From the NCBI GenBank assembly GCA_964247055.1, contig OZ176054.1, positions 5,580,001 to 5,644,000 of the forward strand: a DNA stretch of 64,000 bases, given 5' to 3'. Below, piece after piece: positions 1 to 13,081 of the stretch (positions are counted from its first letter, which is position 1; the number at the start of each line of letters is the position of its first letter). The position numbers were made by a program, and so were the translations under genes. This DNA is from Paragordius varius (lineage: Eukaryota > Animalia > Nematomorpha). The notes under the pieces are model-generated. The model was not told where the DNA came from, made no database searches, and saw only the letters and a list, made by a program, of their open reading frames with translations.

Positions 1-2160
1 CTTATTTTTTCATGTAAAAGTGTTTAAATTGTTGAAATTTAGATGTATAAGGGTAGTACAATCAATTTATTTATACTTTTGTAATTAAATAAAATAGGAA
101 AAGAATTAAAAAGTGTGGTTGTCTTTTAAGAAAAAAATATTTGTCTTTATATTTTTACGATTTTTCCGTATTTCAAAAATAACTGCAAATTGTGTGCAAT
201 CATCTTTTTGCCAAAATTTAGAGGGACTATCATGTTAAGTTTCTAAAGATACCAAATGTCATGATGACTGTTAGAACCTACCCTTATATCGGAGCTCGGA
301 AGCAAGAAACGTATGGGCAAAAAATATATGTGACTTATGTTTCTGGTACAAATTATTTTATAAAAAGTATTTAGTTGAATTTTAACCCCTTGTTGATAGG
401 TAAAATTAAAGTCTTCAAAATAGTTATTATTAAACTTATTTTGACCGCTAATGAATGCAACTATTCATGCCTATCAGCCACAAAATCATATATAATGTTG
501 TAACTAAAGTTACATTAACAAATCAATTTTTTTAATAAAATCTATAACAAACTTGAAAAAAATTCTCACGTTTTCACAAGTTTTTAGTATCACACCATTT
601 TTTTAAAAAAATTCCATAAACATATGAGAATTTCTAAACTGGTCCACTTTATAAATAGACATGGGGTCGCAATCATAAATGCATTTCTAATCCGTCAGCT
701 TAACCCTAAATACAACATACTTTTCGCTAAATATTTTTGAAAAAGCTAAAGATTATGCTAAAACTTTCAAAAGATTATGCGAGTATCAGACAAATTGATA
801 CACCTTGATTTTAAAATAAATTTTAGTTGTGAGAAGAAAATTTTTACATTTAGAAAATTTTTGTTAAACATGTAATTGGGTTGATTTCAATTCGTCAAAA
901 AGCCCATATTATTTATGAAAAGTACGATTCATGTTTAATTAAAAAATAATCTAAAACAGTTAGTTTTAATCAAGGTCCAAATTGGTGGCATATAATAATT
1001 GAGGTATAATACCCCACCAATAATGACCGAAATTAAATCTCTATAAAGTAAAATTATGGAAAATAAGTGAAAATCGTTAACTTCATTTATGTATCTAGCC
1101 AAGTGCCGTCCATAAATTTATTATAAAAAAATTCTTTTTTTAATCATGGAAAATCCTTTTTTACAAAACTCTATATCAGTTGATAATGATTTTAATCGTT
1201 TTATGATATATATAATTCAGATTCGAGCGAATATTGGTTTTCAAATGTCAACATATCTCACACCCCATTTTTGCTTTTGTGCCAAAATTTCAATGAACAG
1301 ACGCATGCATTGGGCGAAGAAGATACATACAATTGTAGAGTTTATGATATAAATAGATCTCCCCAACAATATATTACATACGGAATTTAAATTAAATTAC
1401 AATGTATAAAATATTAGTTATCTTATGCTAGATATTATATAGTAGATACTAATATAAAATACAGCAAATAAAATAATGAAGCTAAAACATTCAAACTAAA
1501 CCAATATTTTCTTAAAATGAAATGGGAAGGTTCTATTTTGTAGATGGTGTATAAGCAGTTGTTTTATTATTGCTATTTTTAAGTATCAATCTTTTTTTTA
1601 TTTAGGAGGGGTCTAAAATTTATAATCTCTTGACTCTGTGCACCATGAATGAATTATTTAGGAATTGATGACAGGGCCTACTTTAAGGGATCATTGCTTT
1701 TGTAGCCCTAGGTTGGAATAGAATTTAAATAAACTTTCAACATCAATATTAACATATTCGGTAATTTTTTTACAAAAAATTTTCCTATCTTTGTGGTAGC
1801 AAGATACTTCTATGGGTACCGAATATTATCATTCTGAAATCATTTGTAAATGCATAATTTTTAGCTAATGTTCATTGTGTTCCAGTTGGTAGTTGGTTTT
1901 AATAAAATAAATCAAATTGCCACATAAAAGATCACACTCATTAATAGAGGAAAGTGAATTTTGGAGAATACTTAAGGTCATGGAAGAGAAAAAGATAGAA
2001 ATTGCGATAATATGTTGATAATAATAAAACTTTTCAAAACGCTATATCACACTAAGTACACCAAAATCAGTACTATAGATCAATTGTTATGTATGAAAAT
2101 TTACCTACCTGAATTAAAGAAATTCAATAATTAATATATCTATTTTAAGAGTATAATTTA

Positions 2161-4856
2161 TTAATATTTAAATATGGATAAATTGCAGAGTTTTTCAGCG
2201 GTATTTTCATTTTTTGCAACGCACATGTGTAAAAAGGTTCCATTACTCGTCTTGGAGAAACGACCTGGGCACCACATAAACTGCCTCTATCTCCTACAAA
2301 TTATGTAAATATTAAAGGATTAAAATCAGAAATTATTATTAGTAGATATGGTGATATCACGACGATACAATGGTAAAAATAAAGTTAATGTTCAACTAAT
2401 ATATATTATTAGGTTAAAAAATTTATTCAAAACATTAAATTTAACTGGTAAACCTTTATAAAATGTTTCAAATCTGACGGGAAAACCAGTACATCTGGAC
2501 ACTGATTCCATACGGCATACTTGTAAAAGAGGCCATAATCAATATGAGTGTCAGGGTTTGATGGGAAGTACAGTGGACATAAGCTAGAGCATAAAAATAA
2601 ATATAAAGTTTTTAAAATAAAACCGTAAATTATCAAGCAAAATCTTTAAAGGAAAATAGTAAATACCTTTTTTGTCCTACTATATGTCTTACTAATCTGC
2701 CCATCCTATCCGATGAATCTTTGCATCTGCGTATGATATTTTATAAGTTTTATTAGTATTTATTATTCAATGACTGCCAATAAGTTATTATGAATACAAT
2801 ATTGATAGGGTAAACGTTGAAAAATATGATATAAAGTATTAATATAAAAATAAAATAACAAAAAGATATAAAACTGATTATAAACAAAAAATAATCATAC
2901 ATCAATGTATTTAACGTATTAAATTTTTTATAAATTTCAACGTTTTTATTTTAGAATTTATATTCGTTAAATCGGACAAAATTAGTTTATCTAAATTATA
3001 AAAAATATTTTATATTTGTTAGAAATGCCAAAATTATATGTAAAAAATATTACATTTCCTCTGAGCTCATTTGAAATAACGTGTCCATAGATGTTAAGCC
3101 AATAGTACATCCATTAATTTCCAACACACAAGGATCGGGAATAAATGATATCTAAGCCAAAAATTAAATTATGTGTTACCTCTGATGTAATGAAAAATAT
3201 TAAAAAACTTTCCAAAAGAATATTAGATTTGTATTAAACAAATATGGATTTTTTATATTGATCATTCTGTAGCTCTACACTTAGAGATAATTACTCTCAG
3301 TTTAGATTATTAGAACTCAATTATAAAATAGAAACCTATTATTTTGCAAAGATTACAAAAAATCGGTATGATAAAAACCAATAAATAGTTTTATTAATAA
3401 AAAGTACTTTATTATTGCTCGTTGACTTTAAATTATTTAATTTTAGGAGATATTATTTGATTATATTTTATTGTACCTAAAATAGTTTTTGGTTATATTA
3501 TGTTGAATAAACTCTTTACATCAAATTAAAATCTACCACCATTTGTATGAAATTTTGTAATATGCTTCTGAATAAATATATTTACAAATATTTACGGTAA
3601 ATATTAAAATAATATAACAATCCCAAAAGTAAAGGATTAAAATATTTTATAAAGAAAAAAAACGACATTTTTTAGGATATAATATGCCAAATGATTACTG
3701 TCAAACATATAATTTCCTTATTTATCGATCCCAAAACAAAAGATTTAAAAAAAAACAAAGTTTAAAAAACGTGATCTTTATAAAAAAAAGTCTTTTTTGG
3801 TTTTTACGCTTTATTTTAATAAATTTTTACTGTACATATCACAGCGCATCTCTATTTTCCTTAATTTGCTTATTAAACCTTACTTCTGGCATCTTTTCAT
3901 ATGCAGTTGGAGAAAGGCTAAACTCTGGTGTAGGATATATGCAAAACGGATTAAACATATCTTTACTAGTAACCATAATGGCGAAGCGAACATTTAAATT
4001 ATTGGAATGAATCACATTTACAAGTGGTTTTAGAAAACCATTAACAAATATCCATTCAGCAATCTGTGACATATTAAATGCTCCTCCGTAGTCAGATTGT
4101 GTATTATGAGATGAACGATGATCATTGAATAAATACGTTTCGACTTCATTAAATATCTCGTCACTCATATTGAATGGGAAATTCTATAATAAATACAGTA
4201 TAAGTGTGTGTATATTGCTAGTTTTTTCTTATATATTGCCAGATAGCATTTACAAAAGATAAATATTATTGGGTAAAAGAGGAAAGGCAAATAATATGCA
4301 CATTGCATGCACCAAATAATATAAGCCAATAGTCCTCTTTGTTGTAAAGCCACACTCGTAAAGAAATATACCACATTTTTAAGTAAAAACTTTCCTGGAT
4401 CTATATAAATTAGTTTGTTGAATATGGGGTTAAAAAACTCTTCATGTTAGTTAATTTTAAACAATTTATTGCAAACAAGTATTAATGTTATTAATATTAT
4501 GAAAATAATATTTCCAGGGATGGAACAAAAAATATTTAAATTTTTGTAAAATAATCTGTCATGATACTTGATAAAAGAAAAATAGTTAACGATAATAAAA
4601 ATATAAACATTTTAAATAAAATTTACCCAAACTTACTTTGAACACGGGATTTTTTTGATCCATAAATGGTTCAATCTAAAATAATAGATATATTTAAACG
4701 ATAGCTAAGAAAACCAAAAATTTTTTTGCATTACACCTAACAACCTAATTAGTAATATAATAGAATGTTGTTATAAAAATGACATAAATTGATGTGTAAC
4801 GTCACATATTATTAATATTTAATCCCTAAATATTTTTTATATGACAGTTTTATTTT

Positions 4857-4893
<37 letters not shown>

Positions 4894-7800
4894 AAGATGC
4901 AAAGATTTGGTTTGTATTCACAAAGCATTTTCTGTATGACATCAAGATTTGCCATTTGGAGTGTCTGTTCATTTAGGGCAAAAGGTCCAGAAATAACCAA
5001 AATATTGGAATGTACCATGGGCATTTCGTTTATGTTATCAACACTGTTTTCCTTAACTTTTTCTAATATTCTTTTAGGCGCGAGAGATGGATATATTATC
5101 GATTCAACATTTAAAGCATTTTTTTCTGTGCTATATTATTTGAATATTTTGAATTTGTTGATTTTTGTAAATATCCTCGAACGCCGACTATCTATTTTAT
5201 AATTAATTTTAAAAAATATTTTAGTACAAATTCTAATAATCTTTTAATTAACAGCGTTTATATAGTAATTAGATCATGCGAATAATCATTTACTTTTCCG
5301 ATTTTCAATTAAATTCATTATTTTTGAGTTATAATCGTTTAAAGTTAAGCGTTGGTAATAAGTGGTGTTAATAAGCCAAAAGCAATTAAAAAGCTAAACA
5401 AAATATATTTATTAAAATAATATCAGATAGTTTATATCATTAAAAAACAAAATATTAATTAAAATTTTTAAAAAATCATTTAAATTTTTCCCCGCTGTTT
5501 TTTTATCTGATAAAATATTTACATAAACCAGTGATACTCAAACCGCGGCCCGCGGGCCGCATGCGGCCCTAAGAGTGCTTTATTGCCCTATGACCATATT
5601 GATACTTATATTATTTTTTTAACAAAACGAATTTTCATTTATTATTTTAATATTAATTTATTTTCTTTAGATTTAATTTTGGTAGTTTTTATTTTTTACC
5701 CAATTCGAAATGTAGAAAAATTTCCCTACATTAAAATAATTTCAAAATTTTGGCACACGTTGTTTCTGTATTCTATTTTCTTTTCTATTTTGAAATTTTT
5801 ATTGCATTCCTTTTTTGTATCAAGCCTTTCACCCAAACTTGCATATACATAATCTTCTCATACCTATCCTGCCTCATTTAACTCATTCCCATAAAATATT
5901 TTTCAAATAAACATCATTAAATTTCAACTTATTTTTTTATAGAGTTATTCAAATTATATTTCTATTTTTTGAAAAAATTTACATAATATTTAAACATAAA
6001 TTTAAAGGATGATATTTTATGCTAAAGGTAAATTATCGATGAAAATCGCCCTTTAAAAAAGAATGGGAAGAAAAATTCTTTATCGTTTAAAATAAAAATG
6101 TTGTTACCTGCCTTAAATGTCAGGACAACATAATTATAAAAAAATACAATATTGAAAGAATTTTACAATCCATTTTTCTCATAAATAACCAGAAAATTAT
6201 AGGTAAAAACGAAAAATATAAAAAGATTAAGGAATTATACCAGAAAGGAAAATCTATTATGTCCATAGCTTTCTCCCAGGAAAAAGTTGTATAATTAGCT
6301 TTGTATAAAATTTGTTATATTATAGGAACAAATATGAAACCGTTAACTGATTTCCAACTAAAAGAATGTCTAATAAATGGTTGCACTTTTTTATTTGATA
6401 AATTTCATATAAAGATCAAATCATGAGGCAAATTAAAAAACTTTAACTTTCTGCAACATGTGCTCGACGCATTCAAGATGTGTCCATTATTGCTCTGAAA
6501 AACTGCAAATATTTTAGCAATGCTATTGATTCTAGCACTGATATTAGTACTACACTTCAATGTGCGCTCTTCGTAAGATTTTGCAACGATAACATAATCA
6601 ACGATAAATATTTAAAATTTTACCAATGAATAATACCACGAAAGGAAGTAATTTTCTTGATTGGCACTTTTTCGATAATAATGGTATATCTATGCAAAAA
6701 TTGGTTCCGATCTGCACAGATGGCTGTCCCTCTATGATTGAAATATACAAAGGATTTATTCCTCTGGTGAAAAACAAATATAATTTACAAAGTATTTTAA
6801 CCTTTCGATGCTATTCATCAAACTTGATTTCGCATGTAAAAGATGAATCACTCAATTCAGTTATTTGAACTGTTGTTGATATAGTTAACCACATCTTTGG
6901 CAGAGAATTTAACTGCCGTAAACTCAACCTTCTAAAAGATATCCACAGTAAGTTAAATTGTATTCTTTTGTACACCGCTGTGAGATGGCTAAGCCTTAGC
7001 AAAGATTTAAATAGATTGTTTTAAGACATGAAAACTCTATTATTTATACAAGATAACAGAAAGTTTAACGAGGAAATTAATAGTGACATATAGTGGGTTT
7101 TATTATCCTACCTTTGCGACATTACTTATTTTTAATACGTCGTCAAGGAAGTAAAATAATAACCCTATTTGCTAATGAAATATCTTTTAAAAATAAATAA
7201 TATAAACTAGATTTTATAAATTAAATCCTATATTTTCCAACACTTAAAACGATTCATAAAGAAAATATGGAATTTACCGCGGAGATTAATTTAATAATAG
7301 ATCATCTCTCATTTTTATCTAATGAGATATAATCCAGATTTCAAAAATTAAGATATATATAAAATTGCCTAAAACTCGTTGAAAATCCATGTCATATGGA
7401 TATTTTCAATATTAAACAACTTGAGTTCGGTTTTGATCAGGCGCATATCATTAAAGACTTCGTAGGTTTTAAAAATTTCAATTTGCAAAGATAATCGTAG
7501 AGAGAAAGATATGTAGAGTGGCAAGATGTCCCAAATAAATATGAAAATATAAAAAAAATCTGCTCAAGTTATCCTAACTCTTTTTCCTTCAACTTATACG
7601 TGCGAGACGTTATATTCAAAAATAAAATATGTCAAGAATACATAAAGAAACTGCTTAACCGATGGATGATCATATGGACGACGTATTAAGATTGGCCTGT
7701 CATGAGGTGAAACCAAATTTGTCAAAAAATATTGGTTAATATCGAAATAAAAATTGTTATCAAAATATTTTAATTTTTTAAACTAAATGGTAAATCAGTT

Positions 7801-9192
7801 TTTAGCTGGATTTACATGCGATCCGCAAAAAATTCATTGGGCTGATTTAGAGTATAAATATATGCATATGTGTTAAATAGCTATGTAATATTTGCCAGTT
7901 CATGGCCCTCGAAAAAAAAAATATATTTCATTTGGCCCGTCAAATTTTTTTGGTGAGTACCACTGCTTTAAACTGTTTATTATTTCCCCTCTGTATTGCA
8001 AAGCAAACTTTTAAATATAATTTTTCCTTAACGTATTTAAAAACTTGATATTATAAACCAATGTTTTAAACCTGCCCTGGGAAAAGGGTGTAATCCGATA
8101 ATTTGGATAAATTTAATTTTACAAAACTACTATTAGAAATGGAATGCGTGCATCGTAATATTACAGTTTCTAGGGTTAGTTTTGGATTCTAAACATAAAA
8201 AAATAATTAAAAACATAGAAAATAGTATATGTGTATATATTTTTGTTAAATATATAACAAAGTTTTATCAATATATAAAAATCAGTATTTACTAGATTTT
8301 GAAGCGGTTTTTTCGGTTCATTATCTATTACACCACCATTTTCCGTATGATGATAATAAAATAATTCATTAAAATTGTTTAATAATTTTCGTGACGGAAA
8401 TCGCTATTACTATAATTGTTAATTATTTGTCCGTAATATAACATGGGCTCGCTCTGCGGATTATAAGGGGATGGCTTTGTTTGTAAAGGTAAATCTATTG
8501 ATTCTTCTAAAATGCAATAATATTTCGGATAAAATTTTGGAAATTTTGATAATATTTTATTAATAATTAACTACAACCAAATTTAAATTAAATTATGTCT
8601 CGTAGATTTGGACGAGTAAGTATTAGTAAAAAAGATATTATTAATAGAGAATAATATATTCTAAGACAAAACTATTTCGTTTCAAACTATTGCAAATTAT
8701 AATTTAAACATTTAACGAACGACATAATATTTGTATGCTAACTTAAGATTGCAAAATTAGAGCAGATTTTAATCACCAAAACAAAAATTAATTTGCTCAA
8801 ACATTTGGATTAGATAAATTGCTTAAAATGTTACGATATATAGGGCGAAATAAAACATAAAATTTGTTTATTATAAATTATACCCGATGGTTCAGGAATT
8901 AAAGCATCTTTATCGTTTTGTTTGCCTTCAATGGCCTCAACAATTTCATTATTTATATTATCGACAATTTCTCCACCAATTCGATCGATAAACATGGTTT
9001 GCTCTTTAACAAGAAGGTTCAAATAAGCAAAATTTGAGATATAAGCATCATATATTCATAAGTGTATTGGGTAGTATTTGATAATAATATTCCAAATTAC
9101 AATAAATATTAATATTTATTACTATGTAATTTTTTTAAGGACGAGATTTTTCATTTTTAAAAGTTGTTTCGGTGGTATCTCAATAATTACAT

Positions 9193-9223
<31 letters not shown>

Positions 9224-10449
9224 ATATGTCCCTATTAAATACTATTTTATGAGAGAAATAATAACATTGCTTTCTATAGTACAATATGTCCCTTCTCGTG
9301 CATATCTTATGAAAGAACTGGTAACAATGTTGTAAAATAATTTTTTATTGTGCAATAATTAGGTTTTATAAAAAAGCAATGCAATTTTTTTATGATTTGA
9401 AAGTATTGGTAAAAGATTTCATTAATGGTAATTTTTACTAAAAGTTTAATTTTTAAAGATATTTTTGTGAATTGATGTTTTTAGGAAACGGTAATTTGTT
9501 ATTGGGTATGATGTGTGTTAAGATATCTATAATTCTTTTAAATAATAAAGTGTTGTCAAATTGTATATAGTAAATTTCGGTTATATAAAACAAATTTAAA
9601 AAGTTGAGTTTCTCAAATCAAAGATAATAAATATATTTTTCCTGTTGCAAATATTTAGTCATTTATGGAAACAATTTTAGTATATGAATAATTAACTGTA
9701 AGGTGTGGTTTACCAAAAGGCGGATCTCATATTTTTAATTTAAAAAACTAAGGTAAGCGTTAGTGCTGGTTTAAAGTCTATTAGTTTATAAATATAAATT
9801 AGAAATCGGTCAATAAATTATTCCTTTTCCCATATAATACATCCCTATTTTGATACATATATCTGTGTATGCCAAAACAATTCATTGGTTCAAACTGAGT
9901 GTTTGATATTTTTAGGATCGAATTCTCATCAAAGGTTCTAATATTAAGGAGTTGCGTAAAAGCAATATCTTTTGGTGGATAATTTATATGTAATAAACTT
10001 GCATCTAATAACAATTTTTTTTTGAAATTAGAATTAAACGATTTTTCATTTTTTTTATAAGTGGAATTTGGAGTAGATGATTTTACCTCCTAAAATTATT
10101 AAAAACTTTACCGAATAACTTAAATTTTGAGATATTTTATTTGGGTTGCTTGCTTTTTAGGTTTTTAAACTCTTTTTTTGATCCTACACAATATCTTAAT
10201 TTAGAAGATAAACTAACCTCTTTTTCAAATTTAATTATGAGTGATTCATCTATTTTATCGTTAAAATTATTATTTAAAGCATAGGCTAACCATTCACTCG
10301 CGAATCTTTGTTCCAATATATCATACTTATAACATAAGGCAATAACTCTAAATAAAACATAAGCTACTCATATCAATTAATGGTTTTGAGTCTATTTTAA
10401 TATTAAATGCATCAAATTCGTGTATCAATGTACTCTCGGATATCAACAT
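2161..10449 (-). CDS. POLA2: DNA polymerase alpha subunit B (p68/p70), multi-exon gene
   Basis: Exons read manually with GT-AG ends and consistent phases: 10449-10368 (MLISESTLIHEFDAFNI), ~10345-10218 (IALCYKY..ASEWLAYA..FEKE), 10089-9841 (STPNSTY..RYMYQ), ~9001-8884, 8506-8411 (EPMLYYGQI), 8169-8072 (LSKLSDYTLFPGQ), 5191-4893 (IVGVRG..ILVISGPF..KPNLCIL; one -1 frameshift), 4183-3884 (IYPTPEF), 3151-3054 (PDPCVLEINGCTIGLTSMDTLFQMSSEE), 2726-2667 (SDRMGRLVRHIVGQKS), 2583-2454 (PLYFP..PDVLVFPSDLKHFIK), 2286-2161 (CPGRFSK..GTF, TAA). These are collinear with recalled POLA2 motifs (SLFPGQ, GLTSTD, PDVLIIPSELRYFVK, NPGRL). Confidence 0.93.
4860..4891. repeat. (AT)n microsatellite directly at a POLA2 5' splice site; other (AT)n tracts at ~9191, 18850, 40600, 50515, 59090
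   Basis: Seen directly in the sequence. Confidence 0.9.
5529..7965 (+). mobile_element. Degenerate near-full-length Buster/Charlie-type hAT DNA transposon inside a POLA2 intron
   Basis: TIRs CAGTGATACTCA (5529) / TGAGTACCACTG (ends 7965); left end carries the GCGGCCCGCGGGCCGCATGCGGCCC block typical of Charlie/Buster; flanking 8-mers ACATAAAC / CTTTAAAC both fit nnnTAnnn; broken transposase with ICTDGCPSM (6626-6868), RWLSL and STYTCE-type motifs. Confidence 0.88.
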
Positions 10450-11247
10450 ATTTTTGCCGCTATTATTTTAAATATTTTTTATAATACAGTAAAACATACT
10501 GTTAACACTTAAATACAACACGTTTGTTTCAGTAATTTAATTTTAATGACCCCAGGCCTAAAATTTAATATTTCATAAAATATAGAATCAATTAATGAAG
10601 ACTGAACTTATATAACATTGATGAATTGAAATACACTTGATACTTATTTAAGTATAAACCTGAAAATAGATTTTTACCCACAAAGATGTGCAATTGCTAA
10701 ACATAGATATAATAGAAAAAAACTATTTTTATTCATATCTATAGAGGATTTTAATAAAAACGACTTTAGTTTTAGGATTCAATAAACGATATTGCAAAAA
10801 TGCTATAAAATAAAAACAGCTTCGAAGTAGTACTTAGTTTTATTTAGATATTTTGGCTTATTTATAAAATTTCATTATAAGACGACCAAAATCGGCGGAT
10901 AATACTAATTTGATGAAATATATATATTCTGATAGGAAAACGTATCAGAATTATCATGGTGCTTTTAGTTTTGGCCCGAGTAATTTAAGAAAGTTATTTA
11001 CACTTTTATGGTAAGTGCTCCATATCAGAAAATGGCAAATACAACATCCTTTTCAAAATTTAATTTTTAGATGTATTTCTCGAAAGTCCAAAATTATTTT
11101 GCTCTACCAAATGGGCTAGTCATAAAAGAATAAACGCTTTAGAAAAATCTGATATTTGGCAAATATTAACAGTTTAAAAAGTTTTTTAACTTTTTCTCTA
11201 TAATTCGATGATACTGATTATTTCTATGACCTCAGAATTTACATTAA

Positions 11248-12352
11248 CACTTCGATTTAAATTGGGATATCTAAATACCGCAGATTATATTTAAGTTATT
11301 TTAATAAAACTACTGTAGGTAACAATAATTTTATGGTTCTATCCTAATAAAACATATAAACGAAATACATCAATAAAATCTAATTTAACACTTCGATTCA
11401 AATTGGGGTATCTAAATACCCCAGACTAAATTTAAATTAATATTTTTAAAATACTATTGAAGGCAACGGTCCCAATTTAAATTTATGCTTCTATCCTGAT
11501 AAATATTATATAAATATGCCAAAACATCTTGATAAAATTTTGTTTTGAAAAAAAAAGCTCCATCTCAAACTACTTCGACGCCATTTTTATTTTACAAAAT
11601 TTTTGCAAAATATCGTCTTTATTTAATTTTAAGGGTAAAACTAAAGCTAATTTTTTTTATAAATTACATCTAACACTGATAGAAATAGAAAAAGCGGTTT
11701 AGTTTGTATAATTTTTCAATTTTATAATTTGACACATGTCACGTTGACGAAATTTTTACCTTTCGGTTTTAGCTTAAAATAAGTAATATCAAGTATTTTT
11801 GAATAAATTTTTTTATATATTTCGGTTTATCAATGTTAGATAAGTGCAAATTTTTGCCATGGTTTCGATTCCTTCTATTTTTTTTAAGAATTTAATTTTA
11901 AACAAGCCTGGGGTATCCAACTACCCCAATTTGAATCGAAGGACTAAAATGAGTGTGTTGTATCCAAGTGTTAAAAAGGGTACCGTATCAAACTACTTTG
12001 ACGCCATTTTTATTTTACAACATTTTGCAAGTGTAAATAAAAAAAATTCTTTAAATAACATCTAACATTGATAGCAAGAGAAAAGGTGGTTTATTTTGTA
12101 TTTTTGAATTTAGCTAATATACAATTGTCATGCTGACTAAATTTTTACCTTTGGGTTTCAAATCAAAAAAAGTAATATGAGGTATTTTTGAATGTAATTT
12201 ATCTATATATTTGGGTTTATTAATGTTATATAAGTGCAAAATTTTGCTATGGTTTCAATTCTTTCAATATTTTTTCAAGTAATTTCAATGGCCTGGATCC
12301 AACTACCCCAATTTGAATCGAAAAACAGAAATAAATGTGTTGTATATAAGTG
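11248..12352. mobile_element. piggyBac-like MITE (outer copy, split) with a second copy nested at a TTAA
   Basis: Outer copy TTAA|CACTTCGAT at 11248 to AAGTG|TTAA at 12352; its halves (11248-11384 and 11975-12352) add up to roughly one unit of the family. Confidence 0.75.
11389..11970. mobile_element. piggyBac-like MITE, 582 bp, intact
   Basis: TTAA at 11385-11388 and 11971-11974; ends CACTTCGATTCAA / CACTTGGATACAA (reverse complement); 19-bp subterminal inverted repeat TTCGATTCAAATTGGGGTA lies 3 bp from one end and 30 bp from the other. Confidence 0.88.
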
Positions 12353-13081
12353 TTAAAACATTCTTTCGTCTTCAAATTTATGTGAAATAAAAATTCTTTT
12401 TTAAGAAAATTCTCAATTTCGTTAATAAACTACATTATTGAAAATTATTTTAGTTAAAATTCAATTATCTCATGTATTAGTAAAAAACTTAATTATTTAC
12501 AGTTTTCTTGAGTCTAAAATTTGGACAGCTCCAAAACACGATTAACTGCGGCGAAATTTGAGATAGGATTTTTTAATCTACATTTTTAAAAAAATGTATA
12601 ATGCGCTTAAAAGGCTATATAACCCATAGCTTTAATTTGGCTTAATATTTTGAATACCTTTTGAGATATTCAAATTTTAAATGGATCCAGGCAGGGGCGT
12701 ACCGAGGGGGGGGGGGCAAGGGGGTGCATCATGCCCCGGGCGCCGTTATTTAGGGGCGCCTAAATGATTGTTTAAAATTAAATTTTAATTATGCAAAAAT
12801 AATAAGAATTTTCAAATGAGATTTTTCAGAATTAAATAATAATCCCTAAAATATATACTCTATATTATTCACCTTATTAGTAATATAAAACAAATGACTT
12901 AACATTTTTGAGAGTGGAAAGGAAAAATATGATAGATTTTAATAATATAATTGATAATTTTGCAATATCGAAAGGCAGAAAAATTTCATAGATATTTTTT
13001 CTCTTAGTTGCTTTTTTCCTTTCCAAGTGATAAAATCTTCATATAATTAATATTTTATTAAATATAATGCTTTATAATTCT

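Noticed and set aside
5119-5125. Programmed -1 ribosomal frameshift in POLA2
   Set aside because: In-frame context is CAG-AAA-AAA-ATG, not an X-XXY-YYZ heptamer in the right register, and no downstream structure is evident; a sequencing indel is simpler.
8293-8410. Apparent second POLA2 frameshift (open frame to a GTAAAT donor at 8292)
   Set aside because: The GTAATA donor at 8410 gives a 96-nt exon in the correct phase for the next exon, so no frameshift is needed.
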